Positions 27,401 through 35,564 are shown, counted from the stretch's first letter. The stretch: DNA of 53,074 nt from Patescibacteria group bacterium (GCA_004322205.1 SCSN01000002.1:1-53074); one strand, 5' to 3'. Notes: generated from the letters alone by a model not told the origin. Numbers and translations: made by a program.

Positions 27401-27704
27401 CGGTGGTGGTGGGGGCTCGCACCGGAGATTTCCGCCGCCTCCTGCCGAAGAAGTGCTTGGCGCATTCTCTGTTGTTTTACCTGAACTCGGCGGTTCTGCT
27501 GGAGAAGTACTCGGAGCTTCCGGCGGGCTTCCGCAGGAGGTAATTGAAGAAACTGATGAAACGGAGCAAGTGATTCCGGAACTCGCGGCCGTCGAGGAAG
27601 CAGCCGGGAATCTCGGATTTAACAAATCTATTCTGCTCTGGATCATTCTTCTCCTCGTTCTTATCTTTATCATTTACAGGATTTTTAGACCAAGAAAGGA
27701 CTGA
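24477..27704 (+). CDS. giant secreted surface protein with tandem prealbumin-fold (SpaA/Cna-B-like) repeat domains, poly-Gly tracts and a C-terminal TM anchor
   Basis: N-terminal TM/signal. Three repeats of the type VVKVVDNGNNPHPKQVSDFLLFVDGLPVVSG...YTVTET...GY..S...CPSGQATLLPGDNVTCTVTNTY (also at 25090 and 27050). It has G7/G9 runs and the C-terminus ILLWIILLLVLIFIIYRIFRPRKD. Confidence 0.7.
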   Translation: MQHLKSQQNMIIFLGREKRLYAKSLLVPLLVVTLALQTLGFFTYIREAAAAPVTIFSDGFENTPQFTNPLWEDADPLWNVSSSNAHSGTRKAFVIGNTGGFDDMLRQDESTVGYQNIVLTYWFRADDLESSQNDKVDVQWSPDAGVTWNTLFSIDDNWDADPNLWIQQTHSLPAGANNNPNFRFRFKAKLNTPNDKVYLDDVSLEGDVVPANLTVNKVVVNNNGGAKTVSDFPLFVNGQPVVSAQANQFAPGQYTVSETNQMGYTATIGGDCDAQGNVTLSSGDNKICTVTNDDVAPILTVVKVVDNGNNPHPKQVSDFLLFVDGLPVVSGLATTTPAGTHTVTETTHELYTSSYSPECPSGQATLLPGDNVTCTVTNTYTPPASTSTGAILITKFLCPGGTELSRDANGPAADGAITPPESCIPDPGEHFGYIHEPNRPNGDFSGPFPGLDDSQLFTVAGQTDANGHLEIRRLSRLGRYDLAEVRESGERIPQGPVLGFFCVGDTNSGSDNYDSTFFPERGAMFCAVYNEGRVEAPPEDDECNPTEDSVVSDSNTIVLEASSSPAAELSFIHPAWSATVGSPDARWIWEIDGVANPTTDEEKTFVRAFNLIGDPTGGSLRLASDNSYEARLNGQPVGSDLSENNFSSSDEWDVGSILRTGANELIIKVKNWALPEGTPQTNPAGLLYRLRWTGRQCGGEEEPPREDPGTSMIFIRKYIDGARATITSALERLFKVLVVGGPNGDLLLSPENQYQNQSTEILNFQNHWEMQEETTFLNGESNVIPAGGECSQGKFRLVGYTFGDSWDEAQSSAGTSTTDVILNSISSDKYIIVWNEVCPDDEDNGGGGGGGPTTGELIVTKIVENGDNPTPKSISDFSLFVFSTSTGTTTLTSSATSTLSAGDYQVSETIDPDYDAVIGGDCSSSGNVTVVAGQTKTCTITNTYAPAIGGNPEDGGGNGDGSADSSVSGASTGGGGGGGGSHRRFPPPPAEEVLGAFSVVLPELGGSAGEVLGASGGLPQEVIEETDETEQVIPELAAVEEAAGNLGFNKSILLWIILLLVLIFIIYRIFRPRKD

Positions 27705-27726
27705 CCTGTGTTAAAAAGTAAGGGAA

Positions 27727-27759
27727 CAAAAAGTGCCCCACCAGTCGGGGCACTTTTTG
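27727..27759 (+). terminator. rho-independent terminator
   Basis: aaaaagtgcccc-accagtc-ggggcactttttg. Confidence 0.75.
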
Positions 27760-27833
27760 TATGGAAAATCCCCATAATTTGTCCAACTCAAGTTTCTTGA
27801 ATATAAGTGTAAATCGTGATATAATATAGGAAA

Positions 27834-28859
27834 GTGCATACACAACTGAAAGATAAGAAACATTTGAAAAAGTATTTCATTCCAAATCGCGACAACGACT
27901 ACAAACCACACATTTTGCGGGAAACTTCTGTTGCGGTAATTGCCTTTATTGCGGTGGTTGTGTTTTTTGGTGGCGTTCTCCATAGCGTTGTTCTCACTAA
28001 GACGGATCTTTTAAGCGCCGTCATTCCAAAGATTCTCGCCGACTTGGCAAACAGCGATCGGTTCTCAAGCAATCTTGACGCTCTTCAAGTTAGTTCCCTG
28101 CTCGAAGAAGCGGCCCGGCGGAAAGCAGAAGATATGGCGGCCAAGAGTTACTTCGCTCACGACAGTCCCGACGGAAAGACGCCTTGGCATTGGTTTGGCG
28201 AAGTCGGCTACAACTTTAGCTATGCCGGCGAAAATTTAGCGGTCAATTTTACCGATTCCGAAGCAGTCAATGCCGCCTGGATGGCTTCGCCTGCCCACCG
28301 CGCCAATATCTTAAACAGCACCTTTACAGAAATTGGAATAGCAACAGCTAAAGGGATATACAAGGGGCAGGAGACGATTTTTGTAGTGCAGATGTTCGGC
28401 AAACCCCGTTTCGCGGGGCAGCTTGCGTCTCTGCAAACGTTCCAAGGCGCAACAGTAACCACTATTCCCGCTCCTGCAAGCTCTGCAGGAACCGCTGCGG
28501 CACCAGAAACTAAGCCGCCAGAAACTGCGCCACGATCTGTCCTCGGAGAGGCGGGAGGAGCCCCGTCTGCTGACGAAACAGTGGCTCTAGCGCAAAACTC
28601 TCCCCTGGGAGAGGAGCGGTTGCCGGAGCCGCAGGGAAATCCCACCGAGCGTCTTCTTACCAATCCTTCACAAATCATTCGTTTTCTTTACGGTACCCTA
28701 TTTGCGCTGGTTGTAATCTCGCTTATTCTTATGATTTTCATCGAGGTTCGCAAACAGCACCCTCTTCACATTTTCTACGGCCTAGCTCTTCTTGCACTTA
28801 TTATCGGCCTGTTCTTTGCTTACAAAACATTTATTATTGATAGAGTCATTATTTTGTAA
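27834..28859 (+). CDS. CAP/SCP (PR-1-like) domain protein, membrane-anchored at both ends
   Basis: AAKSYFAHDSPDGKTPWHWFGEVGYNFSYAGENLAVNF...AWMASPAHRANIL is the CAP domain signature (HxxxxxGENla; W..S..H..N.L). It has an N-terminal TM helix, an Ala/Pro-rich linker and a C-terminal TM helix. Confidence 0.7.
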   Translation: MHTQLKDKKHLKKYFIPNRDNDYKPHILRETSVAVIAFIAVVVFFGGVLHSVVLTKTDLLSAVIPKILADLANSDRFSSNLDALQVSSLLEEAARRKAEDMAAKSYFAHDSPDGKTPWHWFGEVGYNFSYAGENLAVNFTDSEAVNAAWMASPAHRANILNSTFTEIGIATAKGIYKGQETIFVVQMFGKPRFAGQLASLQTFQGATVTTIPAPASSAGTAAAPETKPPETAPRSVLGEAGGAPSADETVALAQNSPLGEERLPEPQGNPTERLLTNPSQIIRFLYGTLFALVVISLILMIFIEVRKQHPLHIFYGLALLALIIGLFFAYKTFIIDRVIIL

Positions 28860-28861
28860 TT

Positions 28862-29755
28862 ATGGAACGCATACCAGAAACATCGCCGGAGTCTTTTGAG
28901 GGCGATGGTAAAAATGAAAAGACGCCAGCGGAAGGAAAAAGAGATAGAGATTCAGGTCAAACCGTTGGTCGCAAACTCACGAAGCTGGGGAGAAAAATTG
29001 CTCTGGCTGCTACTCTGGCTGGAGCCGTACCGGGCCAAGCCAAAGCCGAGACGCCTAGAGATATTGATTCTAACAAACCAACCGCTGCTGCTGTGGTAGA
29101 GGAGGGAAAAGAAAAAACCACAGCCCAAGCAGATACGCTTCGCGTCGGAGGCACGATTGAAGCAGGCGGCAGAATTCGAACTGCTCGCCCTCTTCGCGGC
29201 ATCGGCGGGGATGTTCGCGCCGGTGGAGACGTTCGAGGCACTCGAAGGAACCCGGTTGGGGGAGACGTAAGGAGAACCGGCGGCTGGGTACCCTTTGCCG
29301 GCGGAGATGTTCCGGCTGGTGGTGTTGTCTACGGCGCCGGAGGGACAGTAGAAGCTGGCGGGAACATTCAAACACTAGCTGATACAACTACGCTTAAGGA
29401 GAAGACCGATTCTTTGCACAATATTATCAAATCAATGAACAAAAGTGAGCGAGAAGCATGGCCTCCTCCTCAGGGGATGGAAGGACTGTTGGCTAGTAAG
29501 GAAATTGTCCTTATGACGACTGAACGAGGAATGAGGAGAGCGATTGAAATCATACTAAGACTTCAGTCAGTGGGTGTGAAAGTTTCGTATAAAGTTGTTC
29601 CATCACGTCCCAATATGTCGAGGGCTGCCAACGCGCGCTATCATAATCGTGATTTGCAGACCATGCAGGCGATTGAATCAATCATCAATGATGTAGTTCC
29701 AATCAAATCTGATTCAACGTCTGAACCGATCGATCTGGAGATTTTCATCGATTAA
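28862..29755 (+). CDS. secreted protein with GGDV(R) pentapeptide-like repeats
   Basis: Signal-peptide-like segment RKIALAATLAGAVPGQAKA. The repeats are GGDVRAGGDVRGTRRNPVGGDVRRTGG...GGDVPAGGVV.GAGGTVEAGG. Confidence 0.45.
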   Translation: MERIPETSPESFEGDGKNEKTPAEGKRDRDSGQTVGRKLTKLGRKIALAATLAGAVPGQAKAETPRDIDSNKPTAAAVVEEGKEKTTAQADTLRVGGTIEAGGRIRTARPLRGIGGDVRAGGDVRGTRRNPVGGDVRRTGGWVPFAGGDVPAGGVVYGAGGTVEAGGNIQTLADTTTLKEKTDSLHNIIKSMNKSEREAWPPPQGMEGLLASKEIVLMTTERGMRRAIEIILRLQSVGVKVSYKVVPSRPNMSRAANARYHNRDLQTMQAIESIINDVVPIKSDSTSEPIDLEIFID

Positions 29756-30041
29756 CAGGTTTAATTGCACTAATTTTATCGTCTCTTCTGGATGTCTGGA
29801 TGCGGAAAATTCCACATCCAACAATTCCATGGAATTATTGGATGGACAATACAACCTGAGCTAATGAGCTAATGTGAGCTTTCGTTTGCTACACCTTTTT
29901 CCACATAATCAAATAATCAATTTACCTGCATTGTCGGTTGGTAGTTTTTAGCGGCAGCTTATTTCAACGAGCGAGAGACGGGTGGACAAGTATTATTGTA
30001 CACAGCGTCCGAGCGAAGTTGAAACAAAGGTTCGGTACCCT

Positions 30042-30962
30042 TTATTTCGTATGCAGATACATATAGATGTCTTCCAGAGCTCGTACCGCGTCGCCGGCGG
30101 CAATGTTGTTTTGATGGTAGAGCACGTCGCTGGCGTCACCGGCGGCCCAGATCCCAGACACTGATGTTTTTTGGGTGCGCGGGTCAATAATAATCTGACT
30201 GTATTGATTCATTTCAACAAGTCCTTTCACAAAGTCCGTTGCTGGCATAAAACCAATTTCAACAAAAATTCCCTCGGCTGGAATTTCCAGGTGCTCTTTG
30301 GTGTTGGCATCTTCGTAGACAATTGAGCTTACAAACTTCTCTCCTTTTATTTCCGCCGGCACGGCATTTTTGATTGCTTTCATTTTCGGGTTAGCAAGCA
30401 CTTTCTCCACTGTTACCGGATCGGCTTTGAATTCGCCGCTGCGATTTAGAAGGGTGACGCTTTTGCAATAAGCGAGGAGTTGGGCGGCGGTTTCAAAGCC
30501 GGCATTGCCTCCGCCAATGACCACAACGTCTTTGCCGGCAAAAAGAGGACCGTCGCAGGAGGCGCAGTAGGTGATACCCTTATTTTCAAATCCGGCAGCC
30601 CCGGGGATTTCAAGCTTTCGACGGTGACTGCCGGTAGTTATAAGAACTGTTTTTGTCTCGTACTCGCCCTTGTCAGTTTTTACAACAAATCCGGCATCTT
30701 TCTTTGTGACTGACTGCGCATATCCCCCCCCCTTTACAAGAACGGAGTCTCCGGCATAAGCCAAAAGGTGCTCTTTTAGAACTTCAGCAAACTTTATACC
30801 CGGAATGTGAGAGAAGCCAATCCAGTTCTGAATATCTTCAGAAACAACGCTCTGCCCGCCCCATTCGGCAGTAATGAAGATAGTTTTGAGCTTCTTGCGG
30901 GCGGCATAAACGCCGGCGGCAACACCGGCCGGGCCGCCACCTAAAATTGTTAAATCGTACAT
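30042..30962 (-). CDS. trxB: thioredoxin-disulfide reductase
   Basis: FAD motif ILGGGPAGVAAGVYAA, redox CASCDG motif and NAD(P)H motif VVVIGGGNAGFE. Confidence 0.9.
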   Translation of the reverse strand: MYDLTILGGGPAGVAAGVYAARKKLKTIFITAEWGGQSVVSEDIQNWIGFSHIPGIKFAEVLKEHLLAYAGDSVLVKGGGYAQSVTKKDAGFVVKTDKGEYETKTVLITTGSHRRKLEIPGAAGFENKGITYCASCDGPLFAGKDVVVIGGGNAGFETAAQLLAYCKSVTLLNRSGEFKADPVTVEKVLANPKMKAIKNAVPAEIKGEKFVSSIVYEDANTKEHLEIPAEGIFVEIGFMPATDFVKGLVEMNQYSQIIIDPRTQKTSVSGIWAAGDASDVLYHQNNIAAGDAVRALEDIYMYLHTK

Positions 30963-31023
30963 GCTAGTTTATTAGCTTTTTAGCTTAGGGACAACAGGTA
31001 AAGAATATCAGAAAAAAGAGAAA

Positions 31024-31060
31024 ACAAAAATTTCCCCGCGGCCGCGGGGAAATTTTTGTT
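31024..31060 (-). terminator. hairpin terminator downstream of ftsZ
   Basis: aaatttccccgcgg-ccgcggggaaattt is a perfect palindrome with flanking T/A tracts. Confidence 0.7.
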
Positions 31061-31108
31061 TTCTACTTTCTTAAGCTAAAGCTAACTAGCTAATGAAGCT
31101 AAAAAGCT

Positions 31109-32239
31109 TTATTTTAGTTTTGACCTTCTCAAAAATGCCGGCACTGCTCCCCAGTCGTCTTCGTCTTCGCCTCGCTCGGTTTTTTTCTCTTCTGATTTCT
31201 CTGTCTTGCCGACGGGCACAACATTGTAAATTTTACCTTTTTTGTCTTCGCTTACGTCCTGGAAGAGAGATTTTTTGGGAGCGTTTTCCGGGAAACCCGA
31301 GGCAATGACGGTGATTTTAATTTCTCCTTTCTTGAGCCTGTCGTCCCGGACTGTGCCGAAGATAATCTTGGCATTGGGGTCGACAGATTCAGTAATGACC
31401 TTTGCTGCCTCTTGAATCTCAAACATGGTGAGATCATCGCCCCCGGCAATGGAGAAGAGTACGCCTTTCGCTCCGGCGATGGAAACTTCGAGAAGGGGAG
31501 AGTTGATTGCTATGCGAGCCGCTTCCTCCGCTCGGCGCTCGCCGCTACCGTAACCAATGCCCATCAGTGCCGCGCCGGCATTCTCCATCACCGCTTTGAT
31601 GTCAGCAAAGTCAATGTTAATGATGCCGGGCGTTGTGACTAAATCAGAGATGCCTTCCACGGCGCGCTTGAGAATGTCATCACACATGGCAAAGGCGCTT
31701 TTGGCTGTTGTTTCTTTATCAATCGTCTGGAGCAGGCGGTCATTAGGGATGATGATAATGGCATCGACCGAGCCCTTGAGCTCATCAATGCCCACTTCCG
31801 CAATCCGCATTCGTTGGGCGCCTTCAAAGAAAAATGGCTTAGTGACAACGGCTACCGTTAGACACCCCGCCTCTCTGGCGGTGCGAGCGACAATCGGTGC
31901 CGCCCCCGTGCCAGTTCCGCCGCCCATGCCGCAGGCGATGAAGACCATGTCCGCACCTTTTACCGTTTCTAAAATTTCCTCCTTTGTTTCTTCCGCCGCC
32001 CGTTTGCCGATCTCCGGATTCATTCCGGTGCCCAGTCCGCGCGTCAAATTTTTTCCGATGTGGATCTTTTTCTTCGCCAGGCATTGATGTAAGTCCTGCG
32101 CATCGCAGTTGATTGCAATGAAATCAACTCCGCGAACCTTCAAGCTGATCATGTGATTGGTGGCGTTCTTCCCCGATCCGCCAAGCCCGATTACTTTGAT
32201 CCGCGCGAAAGTCTCAACTTCAGGTTTAATTTGTGGCAT
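31109..32239 (-). CDS. ftsZ: cell division protein FtsZ
   Basis: Tubulin signature GGGTGTGAAPIVA, VIGLGGSGKNATNHMI and a C-terminal conserved peptide DDWGAVPAFLRRS. Confidence 0.95.
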   Translation of the reverse strand: MPQIKPEVETFARIKVIGLGGSGKNATNHMISLKVRGVDFIAINCDAQDLHQCLAKKKIHIGKNLTRGLGTGMNPEIGKRAAEETKEEILETVKGADMVFIACGMGGGTGTGAAPIVARTAREAGCLTVAVVTKPFFFEGAQRMRIAEVGIDELKGSVDAIIIIPNDRLLQTIDKETTAKSAFAMCDDILKRAVEGISDLVTTPGIINIDFADIKAVMENAGAALMGIGYGSGERRAEEAARIAINSPLLEVSIAGAKGVLFSIAGGDDLTMFEIQEAAKVITESVDPNAKIIFGTVRDDRLKKGEIKITVIASGFPENAPKKSLFQDVSEDKKGKIYNVVPVGKTEKSEEKKTERGEDEDDWGAVPAFLRRSKLK

Positions 32240-32395
32240 GGTATTTGTGGGTTTGGGCTGCTTTTAATTGGTATGACCATACTAGCAAAGACGCCAAAAA
32301 AAGGAAGAATCTTGACAAGATTAGACTAGACTGTTATTTTTTGAGAGGAAAAGTTCCAACGAAATGACATTGCAAGTAAGAAAAGCGAGGTTACC

Positions 32396-32857
32396 GTGAA
32401 GCGACTGGTCATTGCGCCCGTCGGTGCCAATGAGTGGCGGCCGGAGGGTTCTCCTGCCTATCTGTGCCGGTTTGATAAAGTTCGAGAACTTCTTGCGCGC
32501 TGGAGCGACCCGCTTCTTCTTGCCGCGCAAGATCGCATCAAGGCAGTTGCGGGGTACGCTCAAGCGATTGCCAGTTTTGGCGATTTGCCGGCAGGCAGAA
32601 CAAAGAAGATCCAGGTGCTGGCAGATGTTTATGAATTCCGTCTTCTGCCGGAGTGCAGAGAGGGAACTGTCATCGCAGTGTTTCTCGCGGACGGCAAGAT
32701 CTTCAAGGAGTTTGTCCGCGAGATTGACTTCTGGTCGCAGTGTTTCGGCGCACTGCTGGTAAACTGGCGCGGGGGGCGCGAGGACTGGAGCAAGGTTACC
32801 GCCATCGTCGTTGAGCGCAGACAGCGCTCAATCGAAGTAGTCTCACTTGGACTCTAG
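32396..32857 (+). CDS. hypothetical protein (GC-rich, inserted between ftsA and ftsZ on the opposite strand)
   Basis: GTG start preceded by gcgagg. 153 aa with no confident family; the weak pattern VYEFRLLPECREGTVIAVFL resembles a RelE/HigB-like core. Confidence 0.35.
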   Translation: MKRLVIAPVGANEWRPEGSPAYLCRFDKVRELLARWSDPLLLAAQDRIKAVAGYAQAIASFGDLPAGRTKKIQVLADVYEFRLLPECREGTVIAVFLADGKIFKEFVREIDFWSQCFGALLVNWRGGREDWSKVTAIVVERRQRSIEVVSLGL

Positions 32858-32865
32858 GAGGAGCC

Positions 32866-33084
32866 TTGAAATTCAATGCGATTTTGGCCGGTCTGGCAGC
32901 CGGGTTGGGGCTTGTCGCGATCGTCTGCCTGCTCTACATTCTTGGACAGCTCATTCAGAGTCTCCGGGCAAAAGACAGAACAGACAGTCGGTTGTGGGCT
33001 TGGCTCTCACTCGTTGCTCTTCTTGTAGTGGCGGCGGCGACTGCCACCACAGCTCTTTTCCAGCGTCTCTACCGCTTGCGGTAG
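32866..33084 (+). CDS. small two-TM membrane protein (hypothetical)
   Basis: Strong RBS ggagg 8 nt upstream. Two hydrophobic helices (LAGLAAGLGLVAIVCLLYIL and WAWLSLVALLVVAAATATTALF). Confidence 0.45.
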   Translation: MKFNAILAGLAAGLGLVAIVCLLYILGQLIQSLRAKDRTDSRLWAWLSLVALLVVAAATATTALFQRLYRLR

Positions 33085-33161
33085 AGACGCTTTACGTTGT
33101 TGCTAAATCAATTTTGCCCAAGCAAAATTGATCGCCCGAACATTTTACAAAGTAAAATGTT

Positions 33162-34352
33162 TTAGGGTAAAAATTGCCGGACCCACTCCTTGACGGGACC
33201 GAAGACACTCCTGTGGCTGCGCATGAGTTTCCCAACAGTCCTGCCGTTATCTTCGTCAGAAAGTCCGATGATGCAGAGACCTAAAGCAACGGCAAAAAAG
33301 GCGTCTTTGATTTTCCCTTTTTCCTTTTCTGGAAAGTTGATGTGAGCAATTCGCGAGGGGAGCTTGAGGGAAGCTTTAGCGAAGTCCTCGACCATAGAGA
33401 TACTTGATCCTCCGCCGGTGATGACGATGCCAGCAGGTAGGAGCCCATTTCTTCCTATTTTCTTGAGATGAGCTTCAATCAATTCAAACATGTCGGAGAG
33501 CCGGGCACCAACTATTTCTTCAAGTTTTTTTCTGGGGTATTCGGTGGTGGTCACGCCTCCAAGCTTGATGCTCTCCGCTTCCTCGAGCGAGATGCGCAGC
33601 CCCAAGGCAATGTCGTTGGTGATGTCGGTCGAGCCGATAGGAAAGATTTCGAGCGAAACGGGAATGTTGTTTTCAAAAACCACAATGGAAAGAGTCTCGG
33701 AGCCGATGTTGGCAAGGACGCAGCCGGCGACTTTTTGGGTTTTGGTGAGGGTGACGAAACTGGCGGCGATGGGAGCGGCGAGAACATCAACTACCTCCAC
33801 ACCCGCCTCTTCGACCGCTTCAACCAAATCTTTCAAGTGATGCTCAAGGGAGGTGATAAAAAGCGCTCTAACCTCGAGCTTGGAACCTTTCATTCCCATC
33901 GGGCGGGTTCCGAGAATCGGCTTGCTGTCAATTTTGTATTGGATAGGAATGCTCGCGATGACGCGGCGGTTCTGGATGAACACCGGCGGAATGTCCTGCT
34001 CCGCCGCTTCGAGGGCTTTAAGGGTGTCGAGTTCGGTGATTTCTGAATCTGCTCTGGTGATGATGACCGAACCACTTCCGGTGATGCCCGATAAACCAAT
34101 GCCTCCAACTCCCAAGTATGCCCGTCGAATCGAGGTACCAGAGGATTTTTCGGCTTGTGCCAGCGCGACTTTAAGGCTTTTGGTGACTTCGGGGATGTTG
34201 ACAATATAGCCGTGCCGAAGCCCCCGCGATTCGGCGAAGCCGGTGCCGAGAATTGTCGGGAGCGATTTGTCGTTGCCGCTTAAGTGCTGGGCAACGACAA
34301 TTTTTATCTGGTAGCTGCCGATATCAATACCGGTAGCGATGGGACGTGCCAT
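33162..34352 (-). CDS. ftsA: cell division protein FtsA (actin-like ATPase)
   Basis: GIDIGSYQIKIVVAQ (phosphate-1), DIGSETLSIVVFENN and GIVITGGGSSISMVEDFA (actin-fold adenosine motif). Confidence 0.85.
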   Translation of the reverse strand: MARPIATGIDIGSYQIKIVVAQHLSGNDKSLPTILGTGFAESRGLRHGYIVNIPEVTKSLKVALAQAEKSSGTSIRRAYLGVGGIGLSGITGSGSVIITRADSEITELDTLKALEAAEQDIPPVFIQNRRVIASIPIQYKIDSKPILGTRPMGMKGSKLEVRALFITSLEHHLKDLVEAVEEAGVEVVDVLAAPIAASFVTLTKTQKVAGCVLANIGSETLSIVVFENNIPVSLEIFPIGSTDITNDIALGLRISLEEAESIKLGGVTTTEYPRKKLEEIVGARLSDMFELIEAHLKKIGRNGLLPAGIVITGGGSSISMVEDFAKASLKLPSRIAHINFPEKEKGKIKDAFFAVALGLCIIGLSDEDNGRTVGKLMRSHRSVFGPVKEWVRQFLP

Positions 34353-34473
34353 GAAATTAAAAAGACGACAAAGGATTTACAACCTCGACCAACAACTTGT
34401 AACGGGAGATCAAATGAATTCGTTTCTCGCAGAGCGGTCATCGGTTGGTAGTTGTTTTGTTGTTGGTTGTTGG

Positions 34474-34884
34474 TCAGAGGAGATTAAATTTCTTAAGAAA
34501 TTTAATCTCCTCTCGTTCCATTCTACTACCGTGACGCCGACCTTTCAAATGAAGCATGCCGTGGATAAAGAGCCCCCCGAGGTAAAGTGAGAGGGGTGTA
34601 CTACTCGCCAGCGCTTCTCTGCGCGCCCGGGGGAGGTCAATGAAAATTTCGCCGCTCGCTGGACCAAGGGAAAAACTCAAAACATTTGCTGGCTGGTTTC
34701 TGCCGCGGTAGCGGCGATTGAGTTTCCGCGAGAGGTTCGAGCCGCTAAAAACCAAACTTAATTCGTAGCGAACCCCCAGTAGGCGCTCCTTAAGCAAGGC
34801 AAAAGGCAAGCGGGGAAGCTTGCCTTTAGTGATATTTGTGACTGCAAACCGGTCGCTATTTTTTTCTTCTGCCATTTCTGCCAT
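34474..34884 (-). CDS. ybeY: rRNA maturation endoribonuclease YbeY
   Basis: Metal-binding H...H.....H motif LFIHGMLHLKGRRHG of UPF0054/YbeY. Confidence 0.7.
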   Translation of the reverse strand: MAEMAEEKNSDRFAVTNITKGKLPRLPFALLKERLLGVRYELSLVFSGSNLSRKLNRRYRGRNQPANVLSFSLGPASGEIFIDLPRARREALASSTPLSLYLGGLFIHGMLHLKGRRHGSRMEREEIKFLKKFNLL

Positions 34885-35107
34885 TTTCCGGAATTTTTCC
34901 GAGTTTAACGAGTTCGGCGAGTGTTGCTCTGTGACGAAGGTATTTGAGAGTTTTCTTGCGCTTGACGATTTCGGAGATGGAACGACTTGAGTATCGAATA
35001 GAACGCAGGCGCGGCAGAATGCCGGCGGTTTGCACCCGCTTGGAGAAGCGGCGTAAAAGGCTCAAGTTGTTCTCATTTCCTGTTCGCTCAACTTCGACGT
35101 TAATCAT
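34856..35107 (-). CDS. rpsU: 30S ribosomal protein S21
   Basis: 83 aa basic protein; LSLLRRFSKRVQTAGILPRLRSIRYSSRSISEIVKRKK follows the S21 pattern (LRRFKR...G.L.E.RRR..YEKPS..RKR). It overlaps ybeY by 29 nt. Confidence 0.65.
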   Translation of the reverse strand: MINVEVERTGNENNLSLLRRFSKRVQTAGILPRLRSIRYSSRSISEIVKRKKTLKYLRHRATLAELVKLGKIPENGRNGRRKK

Positions 35108-35300
35108 AGAGCAGACAGCTTATCATGGATGATTGGCCTCGGCAAGCTCTTTTTAAATCACAACCGCATAATATAGCAAGATTTATTGCGCATAGCAGTC
35201 AGTAAATTAGTAAACAGTAATAGTAATTAGTAAATAGAAAAAGAAATCGCCGCACCTCCTTTTGCTAAAGGTGGTGCGGCGAGGCGCTCGCGCCGGCTGG

Positions 35301-35564
35301 TCAGCGGGTTACTGAAAATCTCTTCCGCCTTCTTGCCCAGACAACGAGATTGACAGCGGTGATTGCGACCACGATGGTTGCGAAGGTGGGCGCGAAGCCG
35401 AAGCTCAAGAATGCCAGAGCAATGGCGGCGCCTGCCAAAGTGCCGAGATTCCAGACGAGACCCTAGACGAGATCCCAGACGAGACCTCCGGCGAGACACC
35501 AGACGAGATTCCCTCCACTTCTCTCATTCACTGCTTTGAGCCGCTGACAGATGCGTGCGAACAT
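35301..35564 (-). pseudogene. small membrane protein gene carrying an in-frame TAG inside a 15-bp tandem repeat (GLVWD-type pentapeptide repeats)
   Basis: Minus-strand frame MFARICQRLKAVNERSGGNLVWCLAGGLVWDLV-TAG-GLVWNLGTLAGAAIALAFLSFGFAPTFATIVVAITAVNLVVWARRRKRFSVTR. The neighbouring repeat copies read TGG (Trp) where this copy reads TAG. Confidence 0.4.

Noticed and set aside
27470-27704. LPELGG as a sortase (LPXTG-like) motif in the giant surface protein
   Set aside because: The motif lacks the Thr, and it lies ~50 aa upstream of the TM segment rather than immediately before it. No sortase gene is in the window.
28862-29755. Bactofilin-like cytoskeletal protein next to ftsZ/ftsA
   Set aside because: The Gly-rich GGDV repeats superficially resemble bactofilin beta-helix repeats. 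But the N-terminus looks like a signal peptide with an AKA cleavage site, arguing for a secreted protein. No bactofilin (DUF583) consensus was confidently matched.
35227-35499. 90-aa Arg-rich ORF (SRRRSRLGSRLGSRLESR...)
   Set aside because: It is the wrong frame of the tandem-repeat region. The alternative frame gives a convincing TM protein interrupted by TAG.
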